Positions 50,183-62,499 of a stretch of 64,000 nucleotides of DNA are shown here, piece by piece. How positions within the stretch are numbered: the first letter of the stretch is position 1; the number at the start of each line of letters is the position of its first letter. The position numbers and the translations under genes were made by a program. Origin of the DNA: Heptranchias perlo (lineage: Eukaryota); the NCBI RefSeq assembly GCF_035084215.1, contig NW_027139559.1:3038001-3102000 (forward strand), read 5' to 3'. The notes under the pieces are model-generated. The model saw only the letters and a program-made list of their open reading frames with translations. It searched no databases and had not been told where the DNA came from.

Positions 50183-50503
50183 AAGTATGTCATGGGACAG
50201 ACATTTCTGTCACCATACTGAACCCTTCTTTTGAAGAGATCTGGACCAAACGAACAGCGACCATTGTTTGTGAAGTCGTTTATAGCGATTTAGAAAACGT
50301 CAGCGTGTCCTGGCAAGTGGATGGGAGTCGGAGAACGGAAGGAGTGGAGACTCAGGCTCCTGAGTGGAATGGAAGTAAATCCACAATCGTTAGTAAACTG
50401 AAAGTCACCACGACAGAATGGGGCAGTGGGGTTGAATATTTGTGCTTTGTGGAAGACATTGAATTGCCAACACCAGTGAAAATCTCCACCAGAAAAGTAA
50501 AGG
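50183..50503 (+). CDS. IgNAR: IgNAR C4 exon
   Basis: (E)VCHGTDISVTILNPSFEEIWTKRTATIVCEVVYSDLENVSVSWQVDG...YLCFVEDIELPTPVK; 321 nt; N-terminal extra Cys. Confidence 0.96.
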
Positions 50504-50579
50504 GTAAGCACAGATAATATTCGTTCAGAGACTGACCCTACTCCATCAATGGTCGTTAAAGATCATTCATTTTCTACAA

Positions 50580-51280
50580 TAAGGATAGTGATAGACTTCA
50601 AGATGATATAGACAGGCTGGTGGAATGGGCGGACACATGGCAGATGAAATTCAACGCAGAAAAGTGTGAATTGATACATTTCGGTAGGAAGAAAGAGGAG
50701 AGGCAATATAAATTAAAGGGTACATTTCTAAAAGGGGAACAGGAACAGAGAGACCTGGGGGTATATCTGTCTAAATCGTTGAAGGTGGCAGAGATAGTTG
50801 AGAAAAAGATTAATAAAGCATACAGGAAACTGGGCTTTATAAATAGAGGTAGACAGTACAAAAGCAAGGAGGTTATGATGAATCTTTATAAAACACTGGT
50901 TCGGTCACAAATGGAGTAATGTGTCCAGTTCTGGGCACCGCGCTTTAGGAAGGATATGAAGGCCTTGGAAGGAGTGCAGAAGAGATTTAATGGAATGGTT
51001 CCAGGGATGAGGGGCTTCGGTTACGTGGTTGGACTGGAGATGCTGGGGCTGTTCTCCTTAGAACAGAGAAGGTTATGAGGATATTTGATAGAGGTATTCA
51101 AAATCATGAAGGACCTAAACAGTGTCGATAGAGAGAGACTGTTCCCATTGGCTGAAGGGTCAAGAAGCAAAGGACATAAATTTTCAGGGCTACGGGGATA
51201 GGGCATGGGAGTGGGACTAGCTGGATTGCTCTTACAGAGAGCCGGCACGGACTCGACGGGCCGTAACCATTCTATGATAT
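50580..51280 (+). mobile_element. CR1 3' fragment in the C4-C5 intron
   Basis: EWADTWQMKFNAEKCELIHFG...MMNLYKTLVR. Confidence 0.88.
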
Positions 51281-51631
51281 CATGAAATGCTCGTATAATT
51301 AGTGAAACATAATCCGGGATCCTGCCATTCACCCAACGGGTAAAGAATAGCGAGACAATTGCATGCGGTTTGAAACTGTTGTGTCCCAACAGATTCAATG
51401 TTATCCAAATATGAGATTCTCTCCAACTCTTTGCAAGCTAACATTAGGTCACAATGAAAACCACCAAAAGAAAGAACATTAAAGAAATCCATGGCCCCGC
51501 AGTGGGATGTGTAAACTTTCTCAGATAACAATTCCAAATGTCCAAAAGCGCATATTACCAGCAGACGGGAATGCGAAGTGAAGAAAGGACAAGAGACAGA
51601 CTCAGTTTAACAAATATTGTTCTCTTTCCAG

Positions 51632-52005
51632 TTGACGGAATGTATCCTCCGAAAGTCTACGTCCTGCCTCCATCAGCGGTCGAGATTGAAACTGAGAAGA
51701 CGGCAACCCTGGTGTGTTTAGCAACCGGCTTTTACCCTGCCGAGATTTACGTCGCGTGGTTGGCCAATGACACCCTTTTGGATTCAGGTTACACCACCCA
51801 ACCGGACACGGAGAAGGAAAGTGGTTCCAGCTCCATTGTCAGCAGACTGAGAGTCACCGCAGCGGAGTGGAACAGCGGGACCACTTACTCCTGTTTAGTG
51901 GGACACCCGTCTCTCACAATGAATTTACACAGAAGTATAAATAAATCTTACGGTAAACCTATTTTAGTTAATTTTCCATTTATTCTAGCCGACAGTTTTC
52001 AATAG
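51632..52005 (+). CDS. IgNAR: IgNAR C5 exon with secretory tail; internal donor after 51952 for the membrane form
   Basis: (V)DGMYPPKVYVLPPS...LVCLATGFYPAEIYVAWLANDTLLDSGY...YSCLVGHPSL...NKSY|GKPILVNFPFILADSFQ*; donor G|GTAAAC. Confidence 0.96.
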
Positions 52006-52331
52006 TGTACATAACCCCCCGTGGTTCAATAGCTTTTTTCTATAGAAGTGTTAGGGCTGTTATGTTCGAGCATCTGAGTCAGCGCGTCTCCCATTTATCG
52101 TGCGTCACAGTCACCGTCCAGTTCAGCTAACCATTGTTTAGATATTTCGCAAATCTGTGAAACTATATCAGTGAATGAAGGATAATTACGGTTAGAATCC
52201 GATAACGGTGAATAACCTTAATACCGCTTTATACAAGTTGCAATATTTTTGAAGATTCTTTGAAGGGTTTCGTGACGTTATTGGATAAACTGGAAATTAT
52301 GCTTTCGTATGTATGTGTCTCCGCAAATTAC

Positions 52332-52388
52332 AATAAATGCAGAATGAAAACCTCCTGACTTCCCGATTCGTTGTTTGTGTGCGTGTTA
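52332..52388 (+). terminator. Probable secretory-form polyadenylation signal
   Basis: AATAAA 52332-52337 followed by GT-rich TCGTTGTTTGTGTGCGTGTT. Confidence 0.7.
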
Positions 52389-52659
52389 TCTTCGAGATGA
52401 TGGTTTAAGCCTTGATCCAGAAATCTATGGTGTCCATTGTCTAATATTCCACCTGTGCAACACGTTTCCATTCCCCAACTTTTTACAAACACTCGTGATG
52501 CTTTTAATCAGGTTACATTCATTCTCATCATAATTAGAGTCTTCAGGGGCTGCTGTGGTTTACAATTAACCCATGAGGTATCAACCTGTGAATGGAATTA
52601 ATAAAGGTCGACAAACATCCGGTCACCCTTTAGAACGACAATTATTCACCAAGACTGGT

Positions 52660-53775
52660 AATTGCCTGGTTGCATTCTTATCTATCCAGTCATAGCTTGG
52701 GCATCTCCTGCAATGACTTCTCTTCCCGCTCCCACATCGTTACCTCTGGAGTCCCCCAAGGATTTAAATTTGGAAACTGCTATTTCTCATTTTCTGCTGC
52801 CCCTTGTCCACATCATTCGAAAACAAAATGTTTGATGCTTCATGTGTGCTGACGACACCCAACTGTAACTCACTAGCACCACTCTCGAGCCCTCCACTGT
52901 CTCTCATTTGTCACACTGCTTATCCGACATCCAGTACTAGATCCGCAGAAATGTCCTCAAATTAAATATTGGGAAGACCAAAGCCATTGTCTTTGGCCTC
53001 TACCACCAACTCTGTTCCCTAGTAACCGACTCCACCTCTCTACCTGCCCACTGTCTGAGGCTGAAGTACACTGTTTGCAACCTCGAGTTCCTAATTGACC
53101 CTGAGCTGAGTTTCCGACCCCAGATACTCTCCTTCATCATGACCGTCTACTTCCACCTCAATAACGTCGGCCGTCTCTGCCCCTACTCTCATCCATGCAT
53201 TTGTTACCTCCTGACTTGGCTACTCCAATGTTATCCTGGCCGGCCTCCAATCTTCCATTGTCCGTAATCTTGACATCATCCAAAACTCTGCTGCCCGTAT
53301 TATAACTCACAACAATTTCAGTTCCTCCATCACCCCTGTGTTCGGGGAACTACATTGGCTCCGGGTCTGGCAATGCCTCAATTTTAATATTCTTATCCTC
53401 TTGTCCTAATCCCACCGTAGCCACGCCCCTCCCTACCTCTGTAACCTCCTCCAGCCCTAGAACCCTCCGAGATCTCTGCGATCTTCCATTTCTGGCCTCT
53501 TGTGCATTCCCGATTTTCACCTCTCCACCGCTGGCGGACGTTCCTTCATCTGCCTTGGCCCTAACTTCGGAAATTCTCTCGCTAAACCTCTGCGACTCTC
53601 CAACTCTCTCTCCTTTTAGACCCTCTGTAAACCTGCCTCTTTATCCAAGCATTTGGTTACCTGTCCTAATATCTTCTTATGTGGCTTGGTATCAAATTTT
53701 GTCTGATTGCGCTCATGTGAAGCGCCTTGGGACGTTTTACTGCGTTAAAGGCGCTATATAAATGAACTTGTTATT
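52660..53775 (+). mobile_element. L2-type LINE 3' portion, degenerate
   Basis: VTSGVPQG, ADDTQL-like and IQNSAAR-like remnants; tail GTGAAGCGCCTTGGGACG...GGCGCTATATAAATG. Confidence 0.8.
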
Positions 53776-54929
53776 GTTCTTATATTGAGCTATTAATCCA
53801 TGCCATTGTAAAAGGTTTCATTGACTTTGGAACTATCCTCTTGTCAGTGTCGTGTCATCTTGGATCATTGACAGCTCTCTGGCTTCTGAATTCGAAGATT
53901 GTGGGTTCAAGCTCCTCTCCAGGACTTCGGCCCATAATCTAGGCTAACACTCCAGCACAATAATCATGGGGGTGCCGCATTGTCGAAGGTGTGGTGTTTC
54001 GGATGAGACGCTTCTCCTGGGCGCCGTCCGACTGTTCAAGTGGGTGTTAAAGATCCCATGGGAGAATGAAGGAGCAGCGAGCTCTCCCGGAGTGTGGGAC
54101 CCGTATTCCATCCTGAACCTACACGATATATAAAACAGACTAAGCGTCCCATTAACGACAGTGATGCTCTTAGGTCCTTGTTATGGGTTGATTGGCTGCG
54201 GGGTTGTTTATAAAAGTAACAGCGATTACACTTTAAAAAGTAATTATTTGGTTGTGAAACTTTTGGGACCTCCTGTGGGGGTGAAAGGCGATCTATGAAG
54301 TGGAACCATTGTTTCTTATCATCGTCGTCATTCCGGCTGATATCGCTTCAGTTGAAACACAGGTCAGGGAGAAACACAGATTCGGCCAATGGAAAGCTGA
54401 GCAACAGAGATGAAGAACCGTCTCAGAGAATCCCAGCCCACAGCGAGTCAGCTGATCCCATCCTTGCCACCAATAGTGGCGCTGCATTTTCTTCCCAAGA
54501 GAAAAAACAGTTCGTTAATTAGAATGTCCGGTTGAAACTTGATAAGTGCAGACGCCAAGCCTGAACCAATTGCCCAGGTTCGCGAACTGGTGGGCAGGGC
54601 GGAATCCAGGCCCATCCGCAAAGACTCACCACCTTCTGAAAGGGGGGAAGCAACTGGTCTCGCAAAAAAAGAGCAACATGCAGCAATTACACCAATCACT
54701 TAGACACGGTGCATTCTGTTAAGTTTCTGTTATACTTGGTATGCTGTGTGGGGCACAAAGCATGAGTCCAAACAGGTTAACCTTCGTGGTTTTGAGATCT
54801 GTCAGGTGAGGGAACGCTACACCTGGTGGCTAGGTTTTGGAAAATACGCTCACGTATCCAAATTTGCACAACTATCATGACTGGCCGGCGGAGAGCCAAG
54901 CTTGTGTTGCTGAATCTTGGTACCTCCAG

Positions 54930-55290
54930 CTGGAGGAGCCGCTGTTCTATGGGGTATCTTATCTATCCATGCTGGAGGATATCTTGGTGAGGTAGTGCAG
55001 CCGCCGTTCTATGGCATATCATCTCTATCCATGCTGGAGGATATCTCTGTGAGCTGATGGAGCCGCCCTTCTATGGGGTTTGGTATCTATCCATGCTGGA
55101 GGATATCTCGGTGAGTGGATGGAGCCGCCCGTCTATGGGGTATGGTATCTATCCATGCTGTGGGATATCTCGGTGAGATGGTGGAGCCGCCCTTCTATGG
55201 GGTATGCTATCTATCCATGCTGGAGGATATCTCGGTGAGTTGATGGAACCGCCATTCTATGGGGTAAGGTATCTATCAATGTTCGAAGAT
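54930..55290. repeat. About 62-bp tandem repeat, 6 copies
   Basis: GGAGCCGCCCTTCTATGGGGT...TATCTATCCATGCTGGAGGATATCTCGGTGAG repeated. Confidence 0.9.
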
Positions 55291-56770
55291 ACATCACTGT
55301 GCTGCGTATCTCACTCCGCAAATGACACATCCTTGATTCACTGGCCTCGACTTATGCCCAGCTGCACCTAGTTAGTGAGCAAATTGATGTGCTGCCCTTC
55401 TCACGGTGCCAATCTGTGAATCCCACAATACGGCATCAGATAATGCTAATGAAGTGCATTCGAAATCGGATAGCTCACCGGAGATTGAACTTTCGCTTTC
55501 ACATTTTAAACAGAAAGGACTTGCTTTGGAGTCGGTTTTACGCCCTAGCGTGTTGCTATTTAGATCACGTAGCATGTCAGTTCACTGTGGAAGAACACTC
55601 GTAGAGTGAAATCTATGATTTGTAAATAACCATACAAATTTGTGACAATATGACAAAGTTTACTCTGCGCCAGGTCAGTCACTACTGCGATTATGATGCT
55701 TTGAGTTTCAGAATCCAATCGCCTACACTCAATACAAATACAATGCCCCACCAACGCCCCACCCACCCCCCACCCCTCCCCCCCCCCCCGCCCCAAAATC
55801 TCGGCCAGGATTATCATAGCCCGACAGTCTACATGACCGGAGATTTGTCAGTGGTGACACATTCCGAAGTTTAAGGGAATTGTTAACTTAATTTTCAATT
55901 CTGGCTCTCATGGCCAAAACGTTAGGGATAAAGCTTCATATCGTGTTTTTATTACAGAGTATTAGTGGCACCATACTGGAATATACGCTGCGGTGTGTTA
56001 TAGATTCCACGAGATAATAATAATAGAGAAAACAAAAAATTGTACAAGAAATATATCAGGTCAGGAATACGAAACCTAAAAGTATGTCAGCGTCATCACC
56101 GTGAATCACAACTAAATCTAATGACAGTGATGCAGGTCTAACGACACTGTGTAGATGACAATGTGAAATAGTTTATATATAGTCCTATTTCCGAACGCGT
56201 CTGTATTTGCAAGTAACCTGTTACATAAAATGTCAGTAGGTGACGACCGTCGAATATAAGTGCGCTGATCAGACATAGTTGAATCTTTAGCCCGAAGTGT
56301 TTCCCTGTCCCCGCTTTACTGGCGATCTCTTATGTCAGTTTATGTGAGCCGCAAGAAATTTGGTCCTATAATCAGATCAACTTCTGTTCAGAATGGTATC
56401 GAGTTTCATTCTTTTACACAGAACTTCATTAATTTTATTGTTATCCGCTGCCAAAACAGAAAGTAAAGCTGTTTTATTCGCTGAAACGTAAAAAGGACGG
56501 ATATTTGTTTGCTGTATAAAATCAATTTCCTGTTCTGTATACAATATCTGAACTCTACTATCACTATAGGAGTAGCCCCATTGTTCTGAAAGTCACTGTA
56601 ATCGATATCGGGCTGGTTAATATGTTAGCTAGATTTTTATATTCCGTCAGTGCAAATTCAAATACACCATGTCCCTCGGGACTGCCGGTTTCATTTTATT
56701 GCAGCGCCTTTGTATCTATTCTGTTCTCAACATGAACACCTTTCTAACAATATCAATCTATTGGTTCTAG

Positions 56771-56928
56771 AAACCCCTCAAGTAAAGGACGATCCAGAAG
56801 ACCCCGAGGTAGAGGAAGAAGGATTAGAAAACTTATATGAGGATGGCAGCACGGCATCAACAGTGATCGCTTTCGTGATTCTGTTTATTCTCAGTATGCT
56901 GTACAGTACATTTGTAACCGTACTTAAG
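56771..56928 (+). CDS. IgNAR: IgNAR transmembrane exon TM1
   Basis: (E)TPQVKDDPEDPEVEEEGLENLYEDGSTASTVIAFVILFILSMLYSTFVTVLK|GTAATA; acidic spacer plus membrane-Ig LF..S..YSTFVT motif; phase matches the C5 internal donor. Confidence 0.93.
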
Positions 56929-57809
56929 GTAATATCATCTTTCAATAGCGCAGTGACATTGAGTAAATTCATTAGAAAGCTGAGTTAATACCTTAGATAT
57001 AACCTGGGTACAAATGATGAACAAAATATTCTAATACAAGCATAATGAGCATAACATTTTTAGATTGGACTCCATTACTCGTTCCTATGTGATTAACTGG
57101 CACATTTAATAAACCTCCTGAATATGATAACACCAGAGGAACGCAAGTATACGACAATTATTGGGACATATAAGCAGAATAATAAACCAATAATGGGAAG
57201 TATTACTTTGCATCTCGATTGTGGAAAGTTGGAAGCACACTAAAAGGGAAAGAGATTATCGAATGATTCCGAGTGATAATCCAGAAATAGTTAGCAATAT
57301 GGTGATAAAGAAGCATCCTGGGAATAGTGAGCGTGACGTATTTGAAGTCACCATCAAGTTTGCGAGGGAGAAAGGAGATCAGCAAACAAAGGTTTAGCAC
57401 TTAAACCTGGCTCACTGTGAAGATATGAGGAAAGCATTGACGGAGGAAGAATGGGATAAAATTTCAGTCGGTAAAACGATGGACAAATATTGCAATTGAT
57501 TGAAGAAAGTGATCAGCGAGCACAAAAATATATAACCCCATAAATGGAAATTCTAAATGAATGATGTAATTATGGTGAAAGAGAACAGTTCGGGCCAGAA
57601 TTGAACAAAAGGGGGAAAGTTTTGTCAAAGCGAAGACAATGGCAAGTTTGACAGCCAGGACTATTGTCAAAAACAAAAGGATATCATGAAATTATGAAAT
57701 GCAACGTCAGGTGGACAATTATTACAGTGGACATAAAGTATAATATTAAATATATTATCGGTACATCAAGAAAAAGAGAATGACAAAAGTGCAGATGGGA
57801 TTGTTACAT

Positions 57810-59710
57810 CGGAACACAGGAACAGGAGTAGGCAATTCAGCCCCTCGAGCCTGTTCCGCCATTCACTGATATCATGGACGATCTGTATCTCAACTCCATT
57901 TACCCGCCTTGGTTCGATATCCTTTAATACCTTTACCTAACAACAAACTGTCAAGCTCAGTTTTGAGATTTTCAACTTTGCTCGCCTCAACAGCTTTTTG
58001 GGGGAGAGAGTTCCAGATTTCCACTACCCTTTGTGTGAAGAAGTGCTTCCTGACATCACCGAGGGACGGATTAGCTCCAATTTTAAGACCATGCCCCCCT
58101 TGTTCTGGACTCACCCAACAGAGGAAGTAGTTTCTCTCTATCTACCCGATACAATCTTGTAATCATCCTAAACACTAAAACGCAAGAGGTACTAAATGAA
58201 TACTTCGCATCCGTCTTCATTAGAGAAGAGGATGCTGCCAATGCAGCAGTCAAGGAGGAGGTAGTAGCGACATTGAATAGAATAAAAAGATAAAGAGGAG
58301 GTCCTTAAAAGGTTGGCAGTACTCAAACTAGAAAATTCACACGGACCGGATGGGATGCATTCTCGGGTTTTGGGGGAAGTAAGGGTGGAAATTGCGGAGG
58401 CTCTGACCACAATCTTCCAATCCTCCTTAGATATGGAACGGTGCTAGAGGGCTCAAGGATTAAAAATGTTAAACCCTTGTCCAAAAAAGTGGAAGGGATA
58501 AACCCGGCAATTACAAGCTAGTCAGCCTAACGTCGGTGGTGGGGAAACTTTCAGAGACAATAACCCTGGCACTTGGATAAATATGAGTTCATAAATGAAA
58601 GTTGCGCCGGATTTGTTACAGGAAAATCGTTTTTGACTAACTTGATCGAGCTGAAGTGACGGAGAGGGTTGTTGATGTATATAAATTTCAAACGACATTT
58701 GATATAAAACCGCATAATAAACTTGTTAGCAAAATTTAAGCCCATGGGACAGTGGCAGCATGGATACAAAATTGGCTAAGGGACACAACACAGAAAGCAG
58801 TGGTGAACAGTCGTTTTTTGAGATTGCAGAGAATTATACAGTGGTGTTCCCCGGGGCTCAGTATTAGGACCACTGCTTTTATGATATATATTAATAACCT
58901 GGACTTCACTATACAGGATACAATTTCAAAGTTTGCAGATGACACGGAGCTCGGAAATGTAGCAAACAATATGGATGATAATAACAGACTTCAGGAGGAC
59001 ATGGGGGGCTGGTGAAACGAGCAGACACATGGCAGATAAAATTTAACGCTGAGAAGTTTGAAGTTTTGCATTTTGGTGGGAAGAATGAGGAGAGGCAATA
59101 TAAACTAAATGGTACAATTTTAAAGGGAGTGCGGGAAGGGAGAGGATTTTATGTATACACATATTTGAAGGTTGCAGCGCAAGCTGAGGAGGCTGTTAAA
59201 AAGTGTATGGGATCCTGGGATTTATTAATAGAGGCATGGAGTACAAAAGTAAGGATATTATGCTAAACCTTTATTAAGCACACGTTATGCGAGCTGGAGT
59301 ATTGCGTTCAATTCCGGGCAGCACAATTTAGGAAGGACGCCAAGGCCTTCGAGTGGGTGTAGGAGAGATTTACTATTATGGTCCCAGGGATGAGGGACTT
59401 CACTTATGTGGAGAGACTGGAGAAGCTGTCGTTGTTCCCCTTAGATCAGAGAAGATTAAGGGGAGATTTGATAGAGGTGTTCAAAGTCATGAACGGTTTA
59501 GATAGAGTAAATGAGGGGAAACTGTTTTCAAAAGGGTCGGTAACTACAGGACACAGATTCAAGGAGAAACAAAAGAGCCAGAGATGACATGAAGAAACAT
59601 TTCTTTTTACGCAGCGAGTTTTAATGATCTGGAATGCATTGCCTGAAAGGGTGGTGGAAACAGATTCAATAGTAACTTTCAAAGGGGAATTGGATAAATA
59701 CTTGAATGGA
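57810..59710. mobile_element. CR1 fragments (57810-58170 -, 58190-59710 +)
   Basis: KFADDTELG, WQIKFNAEKFEVLHFG, FFTQRVVEIWNSLP. Confidence 0.85.
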
Positions 59711-59739
59711 TAAAAAAACATATACATTTTATATATACA

Positions 59740-62360
59740 TGTGTTGAGATAAGAAATAAAAATGGGGCAGTCACACTACTAGGAGTGTACTATGGACCCC
59801 GAAGAGCGAAAGAGATATAGTAGAACAAATATGTAGGCAAATTTCTGAGTACAAAAATAAGAGCGCATTAATAGTAGGGGACTTCAACTACCCTAACATT
59901 AATTGGGATTCAAACAGTGTGAGGGGCAAAGAGGGCGCAAAGTTCTTGATCGGTGTGGAGGAGAATTTTTTCGCCAGTATGAGACACGCCCAACAAGAGG
60001 GGATGCAATTCTAGATTTCGTCCTGGGAAATGAAGATGGGCAAGTGGTTGAAGTGACACTGGGGGATCATATTGGGGATAATCATCACAATTCAGTTAGA
60101 TTTAGTATTATTATGAAAAAGGACAGAATTAAATCAGGAATAAACATTATAAATTGGAGGAAGGCAAATTTTACCGAACTAAGAGGCGATTTTGCAGAAG
60201 TGGACTGGACACAACTACTTGGGAAGAAATCAGTGGCAAGCCAGTGGGAGGCACTAAAAAGTGAAATTCTATGGGTACAATGCAGACACGTCCCCTCAAA
60301 GAAAAAGGGTGGCACTGCCAAACTTAGAGCCCACTGGTTGTCCAGAAGTATACGGGGCAAGATAAAACAGAAAAAAGAAAACTTATGACTGTCACAGAAA
60401 ACTAAATACTGCAGAAAGCCTAGAGGAGTATAGAAAGTACAGGGATGACGTAAAAAAGAAAATAAGGAAAGCAAAGAGAGGGCATGAAAAAATATTAGCA
60501 AGTAAGATCAAAGAAAACCTAAAGATATTTTATCAGTATATTAAGAACAAGAGGATAGCTAAGGAAAAAGGTGAGACCTATCAGGGATGATAAGGGTAAC
60601 TCGTGTGTAGAAGCGGAGGATGTGGGTAGGGTTTTAAATGAATATTTTGTCTCCGTATTCACAAAGGAAAGGGATGATCTGGACGTTGTAGTTAAAGAGG
60701 AGAGGGGTGAAATATTGGATAAGGTAAACATAACGAGGGAGGAAGTACTCGAGGGACTGGAATCCTTGAAAGTTGATAAGCCACCAGGACCGAATGGATT
60801 GTTTCCTGGGCTATTGATTGAAGCCAGGGAGGAGATAGCGGATGCTCTGAGGATCATTTTCCAATCCTCACTAGATACAGGGGAGGTACCTTAGGACTGC
60901 AAGACTGCAAACGTAGTACCATTATTTAAAAAGGTTACGAGGGAAAGGCCGAACAATTATAGGCCGGTCAGTCTTCCCTCGATGCTTGGCAAACTATTAG
61001 AATCAATACTAAGAGATAGGATTAACTGCCACTTGGAAAGGCATGGTTTAATTAGGGATAGTCAGCATGGATTTGTTCATGGAAGGTCATGCCTTACAAA
61101 TCTGATTGAATTCTTTGAGGCAGTGACAAGGAGGATTGATGAGGGAAGTGCAGTGGATGTTGTCTACATGGATTTTATTAAGGCATTTGACAAGGTCCCA
61201 CATGGCAGACTGGTCAGAAAGGTAAAAGCTCATGGGATACAGGGAAATGTGGCGAATTGGATCCCAAATTGTCTCAGTAACAGGAAACAAAGGGTAAAAG
61301 TTGATGGATGTCTTTGCCAATGGAAATCCGTTTCCAGTGGTGTGCCACAGGGCTCAGCGTTTGGTCCCTTGCTGTTTGTGGTGTATATTAATGATTTGGA
61401 ATTGAATGGAGCTGTCATGATTGGCACATTTGCAGACGACACAAAAATTGGCCATGTAGTTGACAGTGAAGTGATTAGCTGTGGAGTCCAAGAAGATATC
61501 AAGGGGTTGGTGGAGCGGGCGGAAAAGTGGCAAATGGAGTTCAACTCGGAGAATTGTGAGGTAATGTACTTAGGGAGGGCAAATAGTAAAAGGGAATACG
61601 CAGGAAACGGGAATATATTGAGAGGGGTAGAGGAAGTGAGAGACCTTGGAGTGCATGAGCACAGGTCCCTGAAGGTGGCAGTACAGATAGATAAGGTTGT
61701 GAAGAAGATATACGGAATGCTCTCCGTTATTAGCCGAGGTATAGAATACAAAAGCTGGGATGTAATGATGGAACTGTATAAAACGCTGATAAGGCCACAG
61801 CTGTAGTATTCTGCGCAGTTCAGGTCACCAAATTACAGGAAGGACGTCATTGTTCTGGAGAGAGTGCAGAGAAGATTTACAAGAATGCTGCCAGGGCTTG
61901 AAAGTTGCAGCGACGAGGAGAGATTGGATAGGCTGGGGTTGTTTTCCTAGGAGCAGAGGTGGCTGAGAGGAGACTTGATTGAGGTGTACAAAATTATGAG
62001 GGGCCGAGATTGAGTAGACAGGAGATACCTGTTTTCCCTAGCGGAGAGTTCAAGAACTAGAGAATATCGATTTAAGCTGATTGGCGGAAGGATTTGAGGG
62101 GACATGAGGAAAAACTTTTCACCAGAGGGTGGTGGGTGAATGGAATTCACTGACCGAATTGATGGTTGAGGCAGGGATCCTCAACGCTTTTAAAAAGTAT
62201 CTGGACCTGCACCTAATGTGCTGTAAGTTGCAGGGTTACGGACCGTGTGCTGGAAGGTGGGATTGGAATGGGTACCTGGTTGTTCTTCTGGCGGGCGCGG
62301 ACACGATGGGCCGAATGGCCGCCTTCTGTGCTCAATATTTTCTTTGTTTCTATGCTTCTA
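59740..62360 (+). mobile_element. Best-preserved CR1 ORF2 in the window (endonuclease end, RT and 3' tail), disabled
   Basis: ORF 60982-61806 has QHGFVHGRSCLTNL, YMDFIKAFDKVPH, SGVPQGS and FADD; in-frame stops on both sides. Confidence 0.92.
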
Positions 62361-62499
62361 CGGTTCTACAGGTTAAGAAGAAAGTGTAGGGCGGGGGGGT
62401 GGGAATAATTGGATAGATCTTTCAAAGAGCGGTCACAGTCACGACGGACCGAATGGCCTGCTCCTGTGCTGTACTGTAGTTTGATGCTATCATACCATG

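Noticed and set aside
60982-61806. Active reverse transcriptase gene
   Set aside because: Stops and frameshifts flank the ORF; it is a dead CR1 copy
62372-62389. CTACAG|GTTAAGAAGAAAGTGTAG (VKKKV*) as the TM2 exon
   Set aside because: Lies at the junction of two CR1 3' ends and continues as LINE tail sequence; not supportable without cDNA
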